Below are positions 38,985-51,589 of a DNA stretch of 64,000 nt, piece by piece. The stretch covers positions 7,750,001 through 7,814,000 of the forward strand of contig CM075995.1 of assembly GCA_038087875.1 (NCBI GenBank). Reading direction: 5' to 3'. Numbering within the stretch: the stretch's first letter is position 1; each line of letters begins with the position of its first letter. Made by a program: the position numbers and the translations under genes. The notes under the pieces are model-generated. The model was not told where the DNA came from. It did not search any database and saw only the letters and a list, made by a program, of their open reading frames with translations. Source of the stretch: Malacoraja senta. Lineage: Eukaryota.

Positions 38985-39780
38985 GTTTTGGAGTGTTACA
39001 GAGTGTTAAAAGTGTTTGTTTTGGTGGTCTTTTAGTCTTTTATGTGGGGGGGGGGGGGGGAAAGGGGAAACTATTTTTTCTCAGTACATCCCTGGTCGGA
39101 GATGCGGCTTTTCTCCGAGACATGTTTTCGCCCTTTCCTCGCGGCCTAGGGGCAGTCTGGAGCGGTGTTTCCTGCCGGGACCGGCCAGGACTTCAGCTTC
39201 GGCGGCAGCACAGCGCTGAGGCACCATCGCGGAGCGGGCGATGCCTTACCCGGGTCGCCGTGCAGTAAGCTCCGGAGTGCTGTGACCGCCGGCTCCAACA
39301 TCGCGGAGCTGCGGTCTGCGATCTGCGGTCTGTGGAGCTTCCAGCCGCGGGCGGCGCTGAACCTCAAACACCGCGGAGCCTGGGATCTCACGACGAGGTC
39401 GCCAGAGTCAGAGCGACGACCAGTGCGGCTCGTGGACTTTGGGAGCCGCGGTCTCCGGGGAGGAAGCGGCCGCTCCAGACACTCCGGGCCGCTAAGAGTG
39501 TACACCTGACGGCAGAGCTTCATCATCCGGCGAGAGGGCCTGAAGCATCGGGCTGCCGTAGCGGCGACTGCAGAGGCCTCAATAGGCCCGACTATGGGTG
39601 AACTGGGGATGGGGCTGGACATTTGCTGCCTTCCCCCACAGTGGGAACCATTGTGGGGGGATGTTTTATGTTTAGTTAAATTCTCTTGATGTTGTGTCTT
39701 ATCTTTATTGGTGTGCTGCAATGGCAAGTTAAATTTCACTACACCAATTGGTGTATGTGATAATAAATGTCCTTTGTCCT
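38985..39780 (+). mobile_element. GC-rich non-coding interspersed element with Rex1-type tail
   Basis: Body similar to 25300-25870; tail aatttcactacaccaattggtgtatgtgataataaatg is also found at ~55775-55940. Confidence 0.65.
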
Positions 39781-40011
39781 TTTGGAGAGAGGCCAGAATC
39801 CGGGTGATGTGGTCCCTTTTATGGGTACCCGTCAGAAGTCTCGCTGCGGCGTTTTGAACCAATTGCAGGCGGGACAGGTTGAAGAGTTGACCAGTTGAAG
39901 AGAGAGGCTGAGGAACAAGAAAGGCAGTTAAAGAGAGCCGCTGAGGAGCAAAGAAGGCAGCTAGGTAGACAGAGAGAGCAGCTGGAATTAGCAGTTGCCA
40001 AGACAAAGGAG

Positions 40012-40495
40012 TCAAGTCAAGTCACTTTTATTTCTATAGCACATTTAAAAAACAACTCTCTTTGGCCAAAGTGCTTTACATTGGTGGAGGTACTAACGTT
40101 ATACAACAGTGGTTCATAGATTAAGTACAAACATAAATACATACATATAGCCCTCACTCAGAGGACGTCAAGAAAGGCTTGAGAGTAAAGATGAGGTTTG
40201 TCTCGACTTAAAGGAGTCGATGGAGGGGGAAGTTCTGATGGGAAGTGGGATGCTGTTCCACAGTCTAGGAGTTGCAACCGCAAAGGCGCGGTCGCCCCAG
40301 AGATTATGCCTAGACCGCGGGATGTTCAGTAACCCCAAGTCGGGGATCTGAGGGACCTGGAGGTGGTGTGGTGGGTAAGCTGACTTTTGATGTAGGTGGG
40401 GGCAAGCCCGTTAAGGGCTTTGTAGACATAAAGGAGGATCTTGAAATTTATTCGGAACCGCACAGGGAGCCAGTGGGGAGAGGCCAGGATCGGAG
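40012..40495 (-). mobile_element. L2-clade LINE 3' fragment (related pieces at 38870-38980 and 39782-39885)
   Basis: PILASPHWLPVRFRINFKILLYVYKALNGLAP; (TTGAC)n tail. Confidence 0.8.
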
Positions 40496-42865
40496 ATGCT
40501 GGAAGGTTCAAGATGCGGCTCGAGAGTATCTCAGAAGAGTTCCTTAGCCCAAGAAGGAGCTGCTAAGCTGAAAACAACAGCTGAATCAAATCTACAGCCA
40601 GAGAATATCTGTCCTCATGACTCAGGACCTGCACGGAGCCAGTGGATGGGCGACAAAACTATCTCAGCAACCGGGTGGGCCGTCTGTTGAGGCTCGTAAC
40701 AAACCACCAATTCAGTATCCTTTTCAGAGGCGATATACAGGCTCGAGCTGCCTACCAATCATTTGTACCCAGACATGGACAAACAACTAGCCATGGCGCT
40801 CGTGACGAAGCTTACCCAAGACAGTACCCTTTACAGATGCCTGTTCAGTATACATCTGTGCCCAACCAGAGATCTCAAAATGAATTCTTTGAATTGTTGA
40901 AGAATCAAACGGAAAACAGCGAGCTCATAGCTCAACAAAATATCCTTTCCACCTTACCTCCAAAGGAAATTCCTACATACGACGGTGATCCTTTGCATTA
41001 TGAAACTTTCATAAAACAGTTCCAAGTGGAAATGAAAACTACTAATCTGGGAGATCGCTTAAATGTTCTTGTACAGGCAGACGTGCAAAACAGCTTGTTA
41101 CTAGTTGTCTACATTTGCCTGCAGAAGAGGGATATGTAAAGACAAGAGAGTTGCTCAAAGAATATTTCGGTAACGAGCAGAAGATTGCTAATGCTTACAT
41201 GAAGAAGGCCTTTGCCTGGTCAGTTATCAAGGCGGAAGATGTGGAGGCATTGCACGAGTTTGCGATGTTTCTTAGAGGTTGTTGTAACTCGATGAGCAAA
41301 CTCAACCACATGGACGAATTGAATGTTGTTGGTAATATGCAGGCTGTTATTCTTAAACTGCCCTTCAAACTTAGAGAAAGTTGGAGAGAAAAGGCAGGCC
41401 AGATACAGGAAGATGAAAACCGAGAAGCCATGTTTCCTGATCTGGCGAATTTCAAATCCAGGCAAGTACAAAATATGTCAAGTCTGCGCCATGGGAATAT
41501 TCAAGATCCAAATTCAGTGAACGTCAAACGTTCTACCTTTACTAAAACAAAGGAAGACCAAGACCTAAGGGAAGTAGTTTTGCTACTGCTGTAATACCTG
41601 CAGAAACAAAAGGCAAAAAGACTAGATGTATCTACTATTAAGCCACAAGGGTTTTGTTTGTGGTGTGATAAAGCTGGTCACCCCATAAAGTACTGTCTAA
41701 AATTCAAGAAGAAGGAATATAAGGAAAATATGAACTTAAAGGAGAAGGGGATCTGTTTTGGATGCTTGAAGAAAGGACACATGCTTAAAGACTGCCCATA
41801 TTGGGGCCGGAGTAGAAACCTGTATTTTTTCTAACTTACCAGTACAGGTACTTGCCTGGCTATGAAATTCACCAGATCAGGAAACATGGCTTCTCGGTTT
41901 TCTCTATCTTACCAGTACAGGTAAGGCAAGACAAATACAGTGTTGCAAATATATGCATTTTTGCATCATGGACGTTCGGCTACCTTTTGTACAGAAAGCT
42001 TGATGAGAAGGCTGGACATTACAGGAGAAAAGGTTAAAATTCCATTGCATACCATGAATGAAGAGAAAGAGTGCGTTAGTCATCACATTACAAGTATGGG
42101 AATATCTAACCTGGATGAAGACAATTTTATACAAATATCTGATGTGTTTACACATGAGACCATGCCTGTTTGTCATCAAAATATACCCAGACATGGGGAC
42201 TTGAAACAATGGCCTTGAAGGATGTCAAGATACCTAAAATAAATTCTCGTATCGACCTACTTATGCTTTGAAGGCATTGGAATCTATACAGACTGCGAGG
42301 AGCCAAGGGGATGGACCATTTGCTGTGAAAACCCAACTAGGATGGGGTAATCTGGATCCTTGAGAAGGAATAACGAAAGCAGGAACCAGAAGAACCACCC
42401 TGCCGCTGCTGTCAATCAAATATCTACTGTTAAATTAGAAGAGCTATTGATCAAGCAATACAATCATGACTTCAGTGACAGTACCGGTAAGGAATCGGAA
42501 GAAATGTCCAGAGAAGAATCCAAGTTTTTGGCTATTGTGAACCACTCAGTAAAGATGATAGAAGGACACTATTGTGCTCGACTTACCTTTCAAGCAAGAA
42601 AGCGTTAGTCTGCAGAATAATCGTCGCATGGCAGAGCAACGCACCCATAATCTGAAATGCAAGTTTGGCAAGAATACGAAATTTCATGAGGAATATACAT
42701 CTTTCTGAGAGGACATGATTGGCGATGATTATGTCGAAATGGTACCAACAAACCAGCTGAATCGAAGTGACGGAGAGCTTTGGTATATTCCGCACCATGT
42801 GGTGTATCACTCGAAGAAAGGGATCCTGAGGGTGGTCTTTGACTGTGCTGCAGTCTTCAAAGGAA

Positions 42866-43385
42866 CATGGTCACATGTTCACGCGTGGTTGCCGGGGAGT
42901 TGCCTTCATGGTCGTGAGGAGTTCCCACATTCTGGGAACTAATCGCGGCCTCATTATGGTCGCCGCGAATTTTTCAACATGTTGAAAAATTAGCGGCGAC
43001 CAAAATGAAGCCGCCATGGAAAGTGGCGAGAATTCTCGAGCCGTAGGTGGGTCGCCAGCAGGTCCTAATGGGTTGCCAGGAGGTCGGAGGTTCTCGTAGG
43101 TTGTAGCCGGTGCTGACCGGTGAATTTCATTGGCTCATTGGGAAAAAAAAAGGTAAGCAATAGTTTTCAGAACCAAGGATATGTTAAATGTCCGTCGAGA
43201 TTCACAGCCATGTTTCTCTGGCTTCTTAAAAATTATCTCCACTCCTACTCCCCCTTTCTCCCACCCACCTCCCCCCTTCTTTTAAAGGACTTACCGTAGC
43301 TTTAGCCGTCTTAATTACAGCGGCAACCTTCCTGTTCATCGCGGTGTGTGTCTGTATCACCCTGGCTTTGCACCATGTGAATTTT
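42866..43385. mobile_element. Non-coding insert, probably Harbinger-family subterminal sequence, replacing the BEL RT core
   Basis: BEL coding stops at VFKG and resumes at FSDASE; contains a 46-bp hairpin related to 45680-45725. Confidence 0.55.
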
Positions 43386-44255
43386 CAGACGCAAGTGAAA
43401 GTGGCTACGATACTGTTACATATGTAAGATTGGAAAACGATGACAATAAAGTACATGTTGCATTTTTTAAATGGGAAAAGGCCAGAGTGGCACCATTGAA
43501 GCAAATGACAATTCCCAGAATGGAACTCACTGCCGCTGTCTTAGCTGTTGAAGTTGACATAATGTTGCAGCTTCAGCTGGAGAAATTTGTTTTCTGGACT
43601 GATAGTACTACAGTGCTTAAATACTTTAATAATGAAAACAAATGTTTCTTGACATTTGTAGCGAACAGAATCTCTTTCGTAAGGGGTGCCACTAATGTGT
43701 CTCAGTGGAAATATGTTAACACAAAAGAAAATCCTGTGGATGAAGCTTCTAGAGGATGAACAGATCACTTCTTTAGCAATAAGAGATGGATCAATGGACC
43801 AGAGTTTCTCTGGAAGCCAGACAGAGAATGGCCAAAGCTTGAGCTGGGATTTGAAATCTCTGCTAATGATGCGGAAATTAAACAAAACATGACAGTGAAC
43901 GTTATTGCTAAAGATTCATCAAACGCAACAAATTACTAATTACCTACTTTTCATCATGGAAGAAGTTGAAGACTGTGGTAGCATGGTTGATGGGAAAGAT
44001 ATTGGAGATCGTGCCTGATGTTAAGGGTTTGGTGCGTACAGTATGACTTCAGACTAAGAATAATGTTTTAATAAGACCAATAACCAAGTTATGCTTACTT
44101 CTAGGAGGCAAAGGTGAAGGAAGAATCGCTAAAGAAGTCTGAATGCTGATATATAATGCATGTTATTTTTGATATATGTTATGCTTTTATAGCACCTTTT
44201 TTAAGGTCTATTAGTAATTGCTTCGTTATATACTCAGAACAATTAGGGGCAGGGC

Positions 44256-44732
44256 TGTATTAGCCATTTAGCTTAACTCAGTATGTTATGTTTATAACCA
44301 GTTACCTTTAATTTTATCTGCCTGTAATTATGTGGGTGGGATTTATACGTAGTCTGGGGCGTGTTCGTGGCTTGGATTCTGGCGCAGCTCGGATGTTTTA
44401 GTTTTAGTTCGGTGAAGACTATAGGAAGATATAGTTTTCGACCATGACCACGAGCATGATAACGACATGACCACGAGTATGATTGAAACGTATATATGCT
44501 GGAAGACGATGTACTTATACAGGAAGGAGTTTTTAAGAGTGATTTTGCTGTTTTGTACTACTACAATAAAGAAACTATTAATCAAGAGACTCTGGAATAC
44601 TTATCTTTCAACGGCTTTGAATGTCTCGGCGAGAGCTCGTGGAATGCATTAGATGACCTTCTGAACCATTGTCAGCAAATTAGTGACTACCGAGGGCTAA
44701 TACCTTGAGACGTCGTAAAGACTGTCACTACA
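44256..44732 (+). repeat. BEL/Pao 3' LTR
   Basis: Follows PPT ttaggggcagggc; TGTA...TACA ends; internal AATAAA at ~44566. Confidence 0.75.
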
Positions 44733-44990
44733 ACTTGTATTCTGTTTGAAGTTTAATGTTTATTGAAACTCAATGACCCTCCTTGGGGTGATGATCCATT
44801 ATAGATAATTTCAAATTTTATGTGATTATATTTTTGTATGCATTGCTGTATGTTCTTATCAATCTTTCTTTGTTGTTAAAACATTTGTTTGTTTCAATAT
44901 TAATAAAGGAAATGCTTGAGATTTTGACGGAAAATTGATGTCTGAAGATATTATAATTCATAGTGTCTCATGACAACACTTTCAAATATT
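44733..44990 (+). mobile_element. Third, isolated copy of the Harbinger inter-gene region
   Basis: Aligns to ~47607-47960 but lacks the pLTR insert present in both palindrome arms. Confidence 0.8.
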
Positions 44991-46118
44991 TTCACGTTTC
45001 ATTACTTTCACATTTATTACCTGTCTAATTGTTTCTTAAACATTACGATAGTCCCTGCCTCAAATACCTCCTCCGGAGGCTCATTCCATACACCCACCAC
45101 CCTATGTGTGAAAATGTGACCCCTCAGATTTCTATCAAATCTTTCCACCCTCACCTTACCTTAAAACCTATGTCCTCTGGTTCTTGATTCCCCCACTCTG
45201 GGCAAGAGACTGCGTGCGTCTACCCAATCTAGTCCCCTCTTGATTTTATACACCTCTAAGACAGTGAAGAATTTTGGGAGGTCAAATTGAAGAGGAATAG
45301 GTCTAGAGGGGGTTCGGACAGGCTTGGGATAGGACAGGTTTAGGTGGACAGCGGTCAAACACAGGCAGGTGGGGCTAATGTAGTTGGTTTGCATGGGCAA
45401 GTTGTGCCGAAGGGCCTGTTTCCATGCTGTATGAATATTGGAAAGTATACAGTAAATGGCGGGATTCTTCAGAACACTGTTGTACAAGAAGGACTTGGAG
45501 CGCAAGTCCACAGATCCCTGAAAGCAGCATCACAAGTGGGTAGGGTGGTAACAGTGGTACATGGCCTGTCCCACCAAGGCAATTTTTAGGCGACTACATG
45601 CGACTAGGCTGTCGCCACATGGTGGCCTGTATGGTCGAGAGGAGTCTCCTCAGTCGCCCAAAGAGTAGTAGCGTCTTTCTGGTCGCTGCTGGATTTTCAA
45701 AATGTTCAAAAATGTTCGGCGACAGTGGGTTTGATGCCAATGAGTGTAGCCAGACTTCTCCTGACGTAGGTGCTGTCGTAGGTTGTCGCCAATGCTGACT
45801 TCGGTGAATTCCATTGGCGACTACCTACGTCAACCTGCGACAGGCACCGGCGTCAGGAGAAGTCAAGTAGCGACAGGCATTGGAAAAACCCAAGTCCACA
45901 GAAGTCAAGCTACAACAGCCAATTGAGATGTTGATGAATGAACTCCATCTACGACCATACCGACAACAAGCTACGACCATACATTTTGTAATTTTTGGGG
46001 TTATTTTTTTCATGAGGTAACAGGTACAGTCTGTTAAACCTTGCGAGTTTCTGGCAGTAGCTCTTCCTTTCTCTTGCAGGCAGGCAATTCACACTGGACT
46101 TTTTTTTTTTTTACACAG

Positions 46119-47570
46119 ACGCCCAACTCTGTCTGTGGTTCAAAAGCCAGAGAACAGAGAACAAAATATGGCAAGCTGTCTCAGAGTGGGAACAAGTCAG
46201 GGTCTGGTGGCAAAAACGTTACCCAGAGGCAGCAGTGGATTATTGACAAATGGGGCATCATCAATTCACAAAGAGTACGAGTGGAGAGGAGACAGAGCAC
46301 CATGAAGGTAATTATAATAAAATAGTTGTTGTGAAATTGATAATTTGATTGTCATCGTGCTTGCCATGAAAGATGGTCTTGAAAGTTTGTAAAACACATT
46401 TATTTTCTTCCAGTTTGACAAGAAGCCACTGCCCAGTATGTCCAGTGAAGAGGTGGTTGGTCCACTTGAGGGAACCTCTGGATCCACCCTCTCCACCAGT
46501 CAGCAGCACAGCAAGACGAGCAGGACCACTGCCAGCTTCACCCCAAATGCAACTGGGGTAGAGGAGAGAGAGGCAAGCTGCCCTGAGCTGATCAAGGCGG
46601 TAAGCACTTTTGGGGACATTTTTGGCAGATTTCTCTTCTCATCCACCCACCCATCTTTTTTTTCCAAATTTACTTACCTGTATCATACTCATTTATGTTG
46701 CAGCGCATGCAACAGGCAACAGAGGCCAGACAGGCCATGACACAGCCCCAGACATCACATGAGAGGGCTGTTGACATCTTCCAGGGATTGTTAAAGACTG
46801 AGCTGCTCAAGATACCAGAGAACATGTGGTTCAACTACACCATGGCTGCCATGACGATGGCCCATAACTTCTCTCAGCCAGTAAATATTTAACGTAATTT
46901 TTGTGGAATTTTGACTTTAATATTTGACCTTAAAATGTATGTTTTTGTATGAAATATTCATAATGAATTCATGTGTGTTGCAGTCTCAGGAGCAGATGGG
47001 ACACATGGTACAGCCACAGATGGGACAGATGGGACCCCCACCACAACAGATGCCACTGATGGGACCACCACATCAGCAGGCTCACCAGGTTACCTCGTTT
47101 TATAATACCTTTTGTGAATTGGACTTAAAATTCTGTCACACACAGCTTGTGAAAAGTTTTAATTTATTTGCCTTCCACTTAATATTGATACGTTTCTGTG
47201 TTTCAGCCGCAGTCACTGATGGGACCTCCACAGATGCCACCACCAGTGATATCATGCTCACCGATGGCCACCTCACCCACGGGCAGGTCACCCAGCCCCA
47301 CTCACAGCAGCAGTACTCACAGAAACAGCAGCGGCAGCCTACATCAACACCATCACAGCAGGTAGCCACTACTTCCACATACACTGCCTAATGCAGCCTG
47401 CAAGATCTTGTAGCTTCTCTGCACTCTCAGCTGCATTCACAACCTTGACACACCGAGACCTGCACCTGTAACACCAGGGGGTTCCCCCAGAACAGAGACC
47501 CAGGACGCAAGTGGGGACTTGAGTTTGAGTATTACAGGATTAATGGACACAGATCACCCATCAGTGTAAT
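46119..47570 (+). pseudogene. Harbinger Myb/SANT (MADF)-BESS-like gene, left arm, 5' exon(s) missing
   Basis: WFKSQR.KYGKL...KSGSG...QWIIDKW motif and BESS-like DIFQGLLKTELLKIP. AG/GT-bounded exons 46119-46307, 46414-46599, 46704-46880, 46984-47088 and 47207 onward. Confidence 0.7.
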
Positions 47571-48149
47571 GTGTCCATAAATGATGTTAAGTCTTGTATG
47601 TTTTTGTACTTGTATTATGTTTGAAGTTTAACGTTTGAAGTTTATTGAAACTCAACGAAGGGTCTCGACCCGAAACGTCACCTACTCCATAGATGCTGCC
47701 TCACCCGCTGAGTTTCTCCAGCGTTTTTGTCTACCTCCTTGGGGTGATGATTCTTTATAGATTTATTATAGATTATTTAAAATTTTATGTGATTATAATA
47801 TTTTTTTCTGCACTGTTGTATGTTATCAATCCTTTTTTTTTTGTTAAAACTTTTGTTTGTTTCAATATCAGTCAAGGAAATGCTTGAAATTTTGATGGAA
47901 AATTGTTGCATGAAGATATTATAATTCATAGTATCTCATGGCATCACTTACAAATATTATAATTGCATATATTTTGATAAATAAAACAAACACAAACTTT
48001 GTACTGCATTGAAAATTAGACTCCATTGGGAGGATGTGGGTGTCCCTGAAAAGGGCCTTTTCTTGTGGTCTGTTGTGGGCTCTCTTCCTGGAGTGGTGGA
48101 CTTCTGTTTGTGTGTGGCTGGTTTGCTGCTGGTCTTCAGATCATTTCGT

Positions 48150-49154
48150 TCTGCCATGGTACACTGCCTAGTTTGGTGGTGTAGTAAGTGCTGAGATGGT
48201 CTCTCTGGTCCTTGGCTCTCATGTTGGAGGTGTTTCCTGGCAATATCTCCAGTCCCACCATCGGTGCCGCCTATCCTCCAGTTCTCCATAAGCCTGGTTG
48301 TTGTTGCCTGTCTGGTTGTCCACTCGGTCACCCTCCACCATGGCTGCTGCTGCACTTCTGGTACGGATCAGGTTGTGGAGGACACGTGCTGCGTAGGCAA
48401 TGGTCTCCGCATTCTTGGGCTCCTGCTCCATGGTAGTCAGCAAACATCTGAATCTGTTGGCGATGATGCCTGTAGTTGAAGATCTTCTGCTCCCTTGACA
48501 TCCCCTGTGAGGGTATGGCTTCATCATCCATGACCTGAATGTCATCACCAACCAGTGTGTAGGGGGATGTCAGGATTTTCATCTCCTGGCAAAGGTTCTG
48601 GATCAGGAAAGCCTGCTCTTCCTTTCAGTGTTGGCCCAAGAGAGGCCTCTCTCCAAGATCCCACCATCTGCGACACTGCCAGGGTGTGCCCACATCCACA
48701 AACAGGAAGTTGTAGTTTGCAACCACCACAGCTGTGAGTACGATGGGAATGGAACTTCTTGTAGTTGAAGTACATAGAACCTCCCTTGGGTGGACACCTG
48801 ATGGCCACATGCTTGCCGTCCACTGCTCCCACATGATGTACTGGAAGTTTCATCTAGTATCATAGCCCTGCGCCACTCTCTTCCACTCATCTGGTGTACT
48901 AGGGCAGTCCATGACTTCATCTTCATAAGCATTGATGATGTTCTCACAGGTCTTCACGGACAACCTTGCTGATGGTGTTGTGGGCACAAGAAAGCTGTAG
49001 GAGAGGCTCTTACAGACATCTTCTTGGGCTTCTTCTTCCCATCGTTCTTGTCCTTCTGTCTTGCTGATCTTAAGCATGAGGCTGCTGCAAGCAGTGGGGC
49101 TGCTTCTTCTTGTGAAGAGAGCAATGCCCTCTGATGTTGCTCCATGGTAGTCAT
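48150..49154 (-). pseudogene. Harbinger DDE transposase, left arm
   Basis: VGAVDGKHVAIRCPPKGGSMYFNYKKFHS, NYNFLFVDVG, MKPYP and EQKIFNYR; multiple frameshifts, segment with the catalytic Glu deleted. Confidence 0.9.
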
Positions 49155-49344
49155 GATGCAGAATGATTGGAAACCCTACCCTACAACCCCTTTGATGGGG
49201 AAACTGGGTGATTCCATTGTTTTGGATGCCAAAATGACGTTAATTGTCTTCAGTTGTCGCCGACAGGGTCGTAGCTTGTCGTCAGTGGACGTAGGTTGTC
49301 GTAGGTGTGGTCGTAGATGGACGTCCAAGTCGCGACGACTGGGT

Positions 49345-49695
49345 GGTTGAAGTGTGGTTGTGGTTGAAGTCTGTGGTTGAAGCCCAGGTTGGGCCAGTAT
49401 GACAACCCGATGATTGAGCTCCAGCAAGAAGATGAGGCTGCCTTCAGAAACTTCACTAGGCTTTCCCCCTCCCCCCCGAGCTGTTTCAGGAGCTGAAGAC
49501 ATGGGTGGGCCCTCTCCTGGAGAAAAAGGAGCCCACAACACCATCAGCAAGGGTGGGCCACAAGAAAACTGTCGGAGAGGCTCTTATAGGAGTCTCCTGA
49601 TGCCAGATAGCGGTGGAGGGTGATGGCTAGGCGCAGGCCTGGTTCCAGTGGCTTCTTCATGAAGGTCTCCTTTTTTCTCCAGGAAAGGGCACCGA
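49345..49695. pseudogene. Scrambled N-terminal Harbinger transposase segment in the palindrome loop
   Basis: Plus strand: LGQYDNPMIELQQEDEAAFRNFTRL..ELFQELKTWVGPLLEKKE|AHNTISK. Minus strand: KKETFMKKPLEPGLRLAITLHRYLASGDSYKSLSDSFLVAH. Confidence 0.85.
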
Positions 49696-49982
49696 CAACC
49701 GAAAAAATGCGACTGGACCCCCCCTACGACAATGTCTACGACAAGCCACAACAACCTACCACTTAGTTGACATCAAGCCACCGACAACTGGTGACCCAAT
49801 CGTCGCAACTTGGACCTCCACCTATGACAACTGAAGTCAACCTACGTCTACCAACGACAAGCTACGACCCTGTCGGCGACAACTGAAGACAATTAACGTC
49901 ATTTTGACATCCAAAACAATGGAATCGTCCAGTTTTCCCCATGAAAGGGGTTGTAGGGTAGGGTTTCCAATCATTCTGCATC

Positions 49983-51025
49983 ATGACTACCATGGAGCAA
50001 CATCAGAGGACATTGCTCTCACAAGAAGAATAAGCCCTGCTGCTTGCAGCAGCCCTCGTGCTTAAAGATCAGCAAGGCAGAAGGACAAGAAGAATGGGGA
50101 AGAAGAAGCCCAAGAAGATGTCTGTAAGAGCCTCTCCTATAGCTTTCCTGTGGCCCACAACCCCTTCAGCAAGGTTGTCCGAGAGACCCGTGAGAACATC
50201 ATCAATGCTTATGAAGATGAAGTCATGGACTGCCCTAGTACACCAGATGAGTGGAAGAGAGTGGCGCAGGGCTACGATACTAGATGGAACTTCAAGCACA
50301 CATGTGGGGCAGTGGAGGGCAAGCATGTGGCCATCAGGTTCTAGGTACTTCAACTACAAGAAGTTCCATTCCATCGTACTCATAGCTCTGGTGGATGCAA
50401 ACTACAACTTCCTGTTTGTGGATGTGGGCACACCTGGCAATGTCGCAGATGGTGGGATCTGGAGAGAGACCTCTCTTGGGCAAGCAGTGAAAGGAAGAGT
50501 AGGCTTTCCTGATCCAGAATCTCTGCCAGGAGAAGACAACCCTGACATCCCCTACACACTGGCTAGTGATGACACTCAGGTCATGGATGATGAAGCCATA
50601 CCCTCACAGGCGGATGTCAAGGGAGCAGAGGATCTTCAACTACAGGCTGTCCAGGGCTAGGAGGGTCGTGGAAAACGCCTTTGGCATCATCGCCTGCAGA
50701 TTCAGATGCTTGCTGACTACCATGAAGCAGGAGCCCAAGAATGTGGAGACCATTGTCTACACAGCATGTGTCCTCCACAATCTGATCCGTACCAGAAGTG
50801 CAGCAGCAGCAGCAGCCATGGTGGAGGGTGACCGAGTGGACAACCAGACAGGCAACATCACACCAGGCTCATGGAGAACTGGAGGATAGGCTGCACCGAT
50901 GGTGGAACTGGAGATATTGCCAGGAAACACCTCCATCAAGAGAGCCAAGGACCAGAGAGACCATCTCTGCACTTACAACAACACCAAACTAGGCAGTGTA
51001 CCATGGCAGAAAGACATGATCTGAA
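49983..51025 (+). pseudogene. Harbinger DDE transposase, right arm
   Basis: CGAVEGKHVAIR, YFNYKKFHSIVLIALVDANYNFLFVDVG and MKPYP..EQRIFNYRLSRARRVVENAFGII..RFR..CVLHN; frameshifted. Confidence 0.9.
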
Positions 51026-51589
51026 GACCAGCAGCAAACAGCCCACACCACAAACAGAAGTCCACCACTCCAGGAAGAGAGCCCACAACAGACCACAAGA
51101 AAAGGCCCTTTTCAGGGACACCCACATCCTCCCAATGGAGTTTAATTTTCAATGCAGTACAATGCTTGTGTTTGTGTTTGTTTTATTCATCAAAATATAT
51201 GAAATTAAAATATTTGAAAGTGATGCCATGAGACTGAATTATAATATCTTCATACATCAATTTTCCATCAAAATGTCAAGCATTTCCTTTATTGATATTG
51301 AAACAAACAAAACTTTTAACAAGAAAAGGATGATAAGAACATACAATTGCATACAAAAATATTATAATTACATAAAATTTTAAATAATCTATAATAAATC
51401 TATAAAGAATCATCACCCCGAGGAGGTAGACAAAAACGCTGGAGAAACGCAGCGGGTGAGGCAGCATCTATGGAGTAGGTGACGTTTCGGGATGAGACCC
51501 TTCGTTGAGTTTCAATAAACTTCAAACGTTAAACTTCAAACATAATACAAGTACAAAAACATACAAGACTTAACATCATTTATGGACAC

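Larger units (their letters stand above)
40496..44732 (+). mobile_element. BEL/Pao LTR retrotransposon, degenerate and internally deleted, 5' LTR missing
   Basis: Gag LPPKEIPTYDGDPLHY, knuckle ICFGCLKKGHMLKDC, protease-like YAFL..SATFCTE, RT start WYIPHHVVYH..ILRVVFDCAA, RNase H FSDASE..KARVAP..TIPRMELTAA..FWTDS..NPVDEASRG, C-terminal LIRPITKLCLL, then PPT and LTR. Confidence 0.9.

Noticed and set aside
48150-51025. Domesticated HARBI1 or functional transposase
   Set aside because: Both copies are frameshifted and deleted, and they sit inside TIR-bounded transposon arms.
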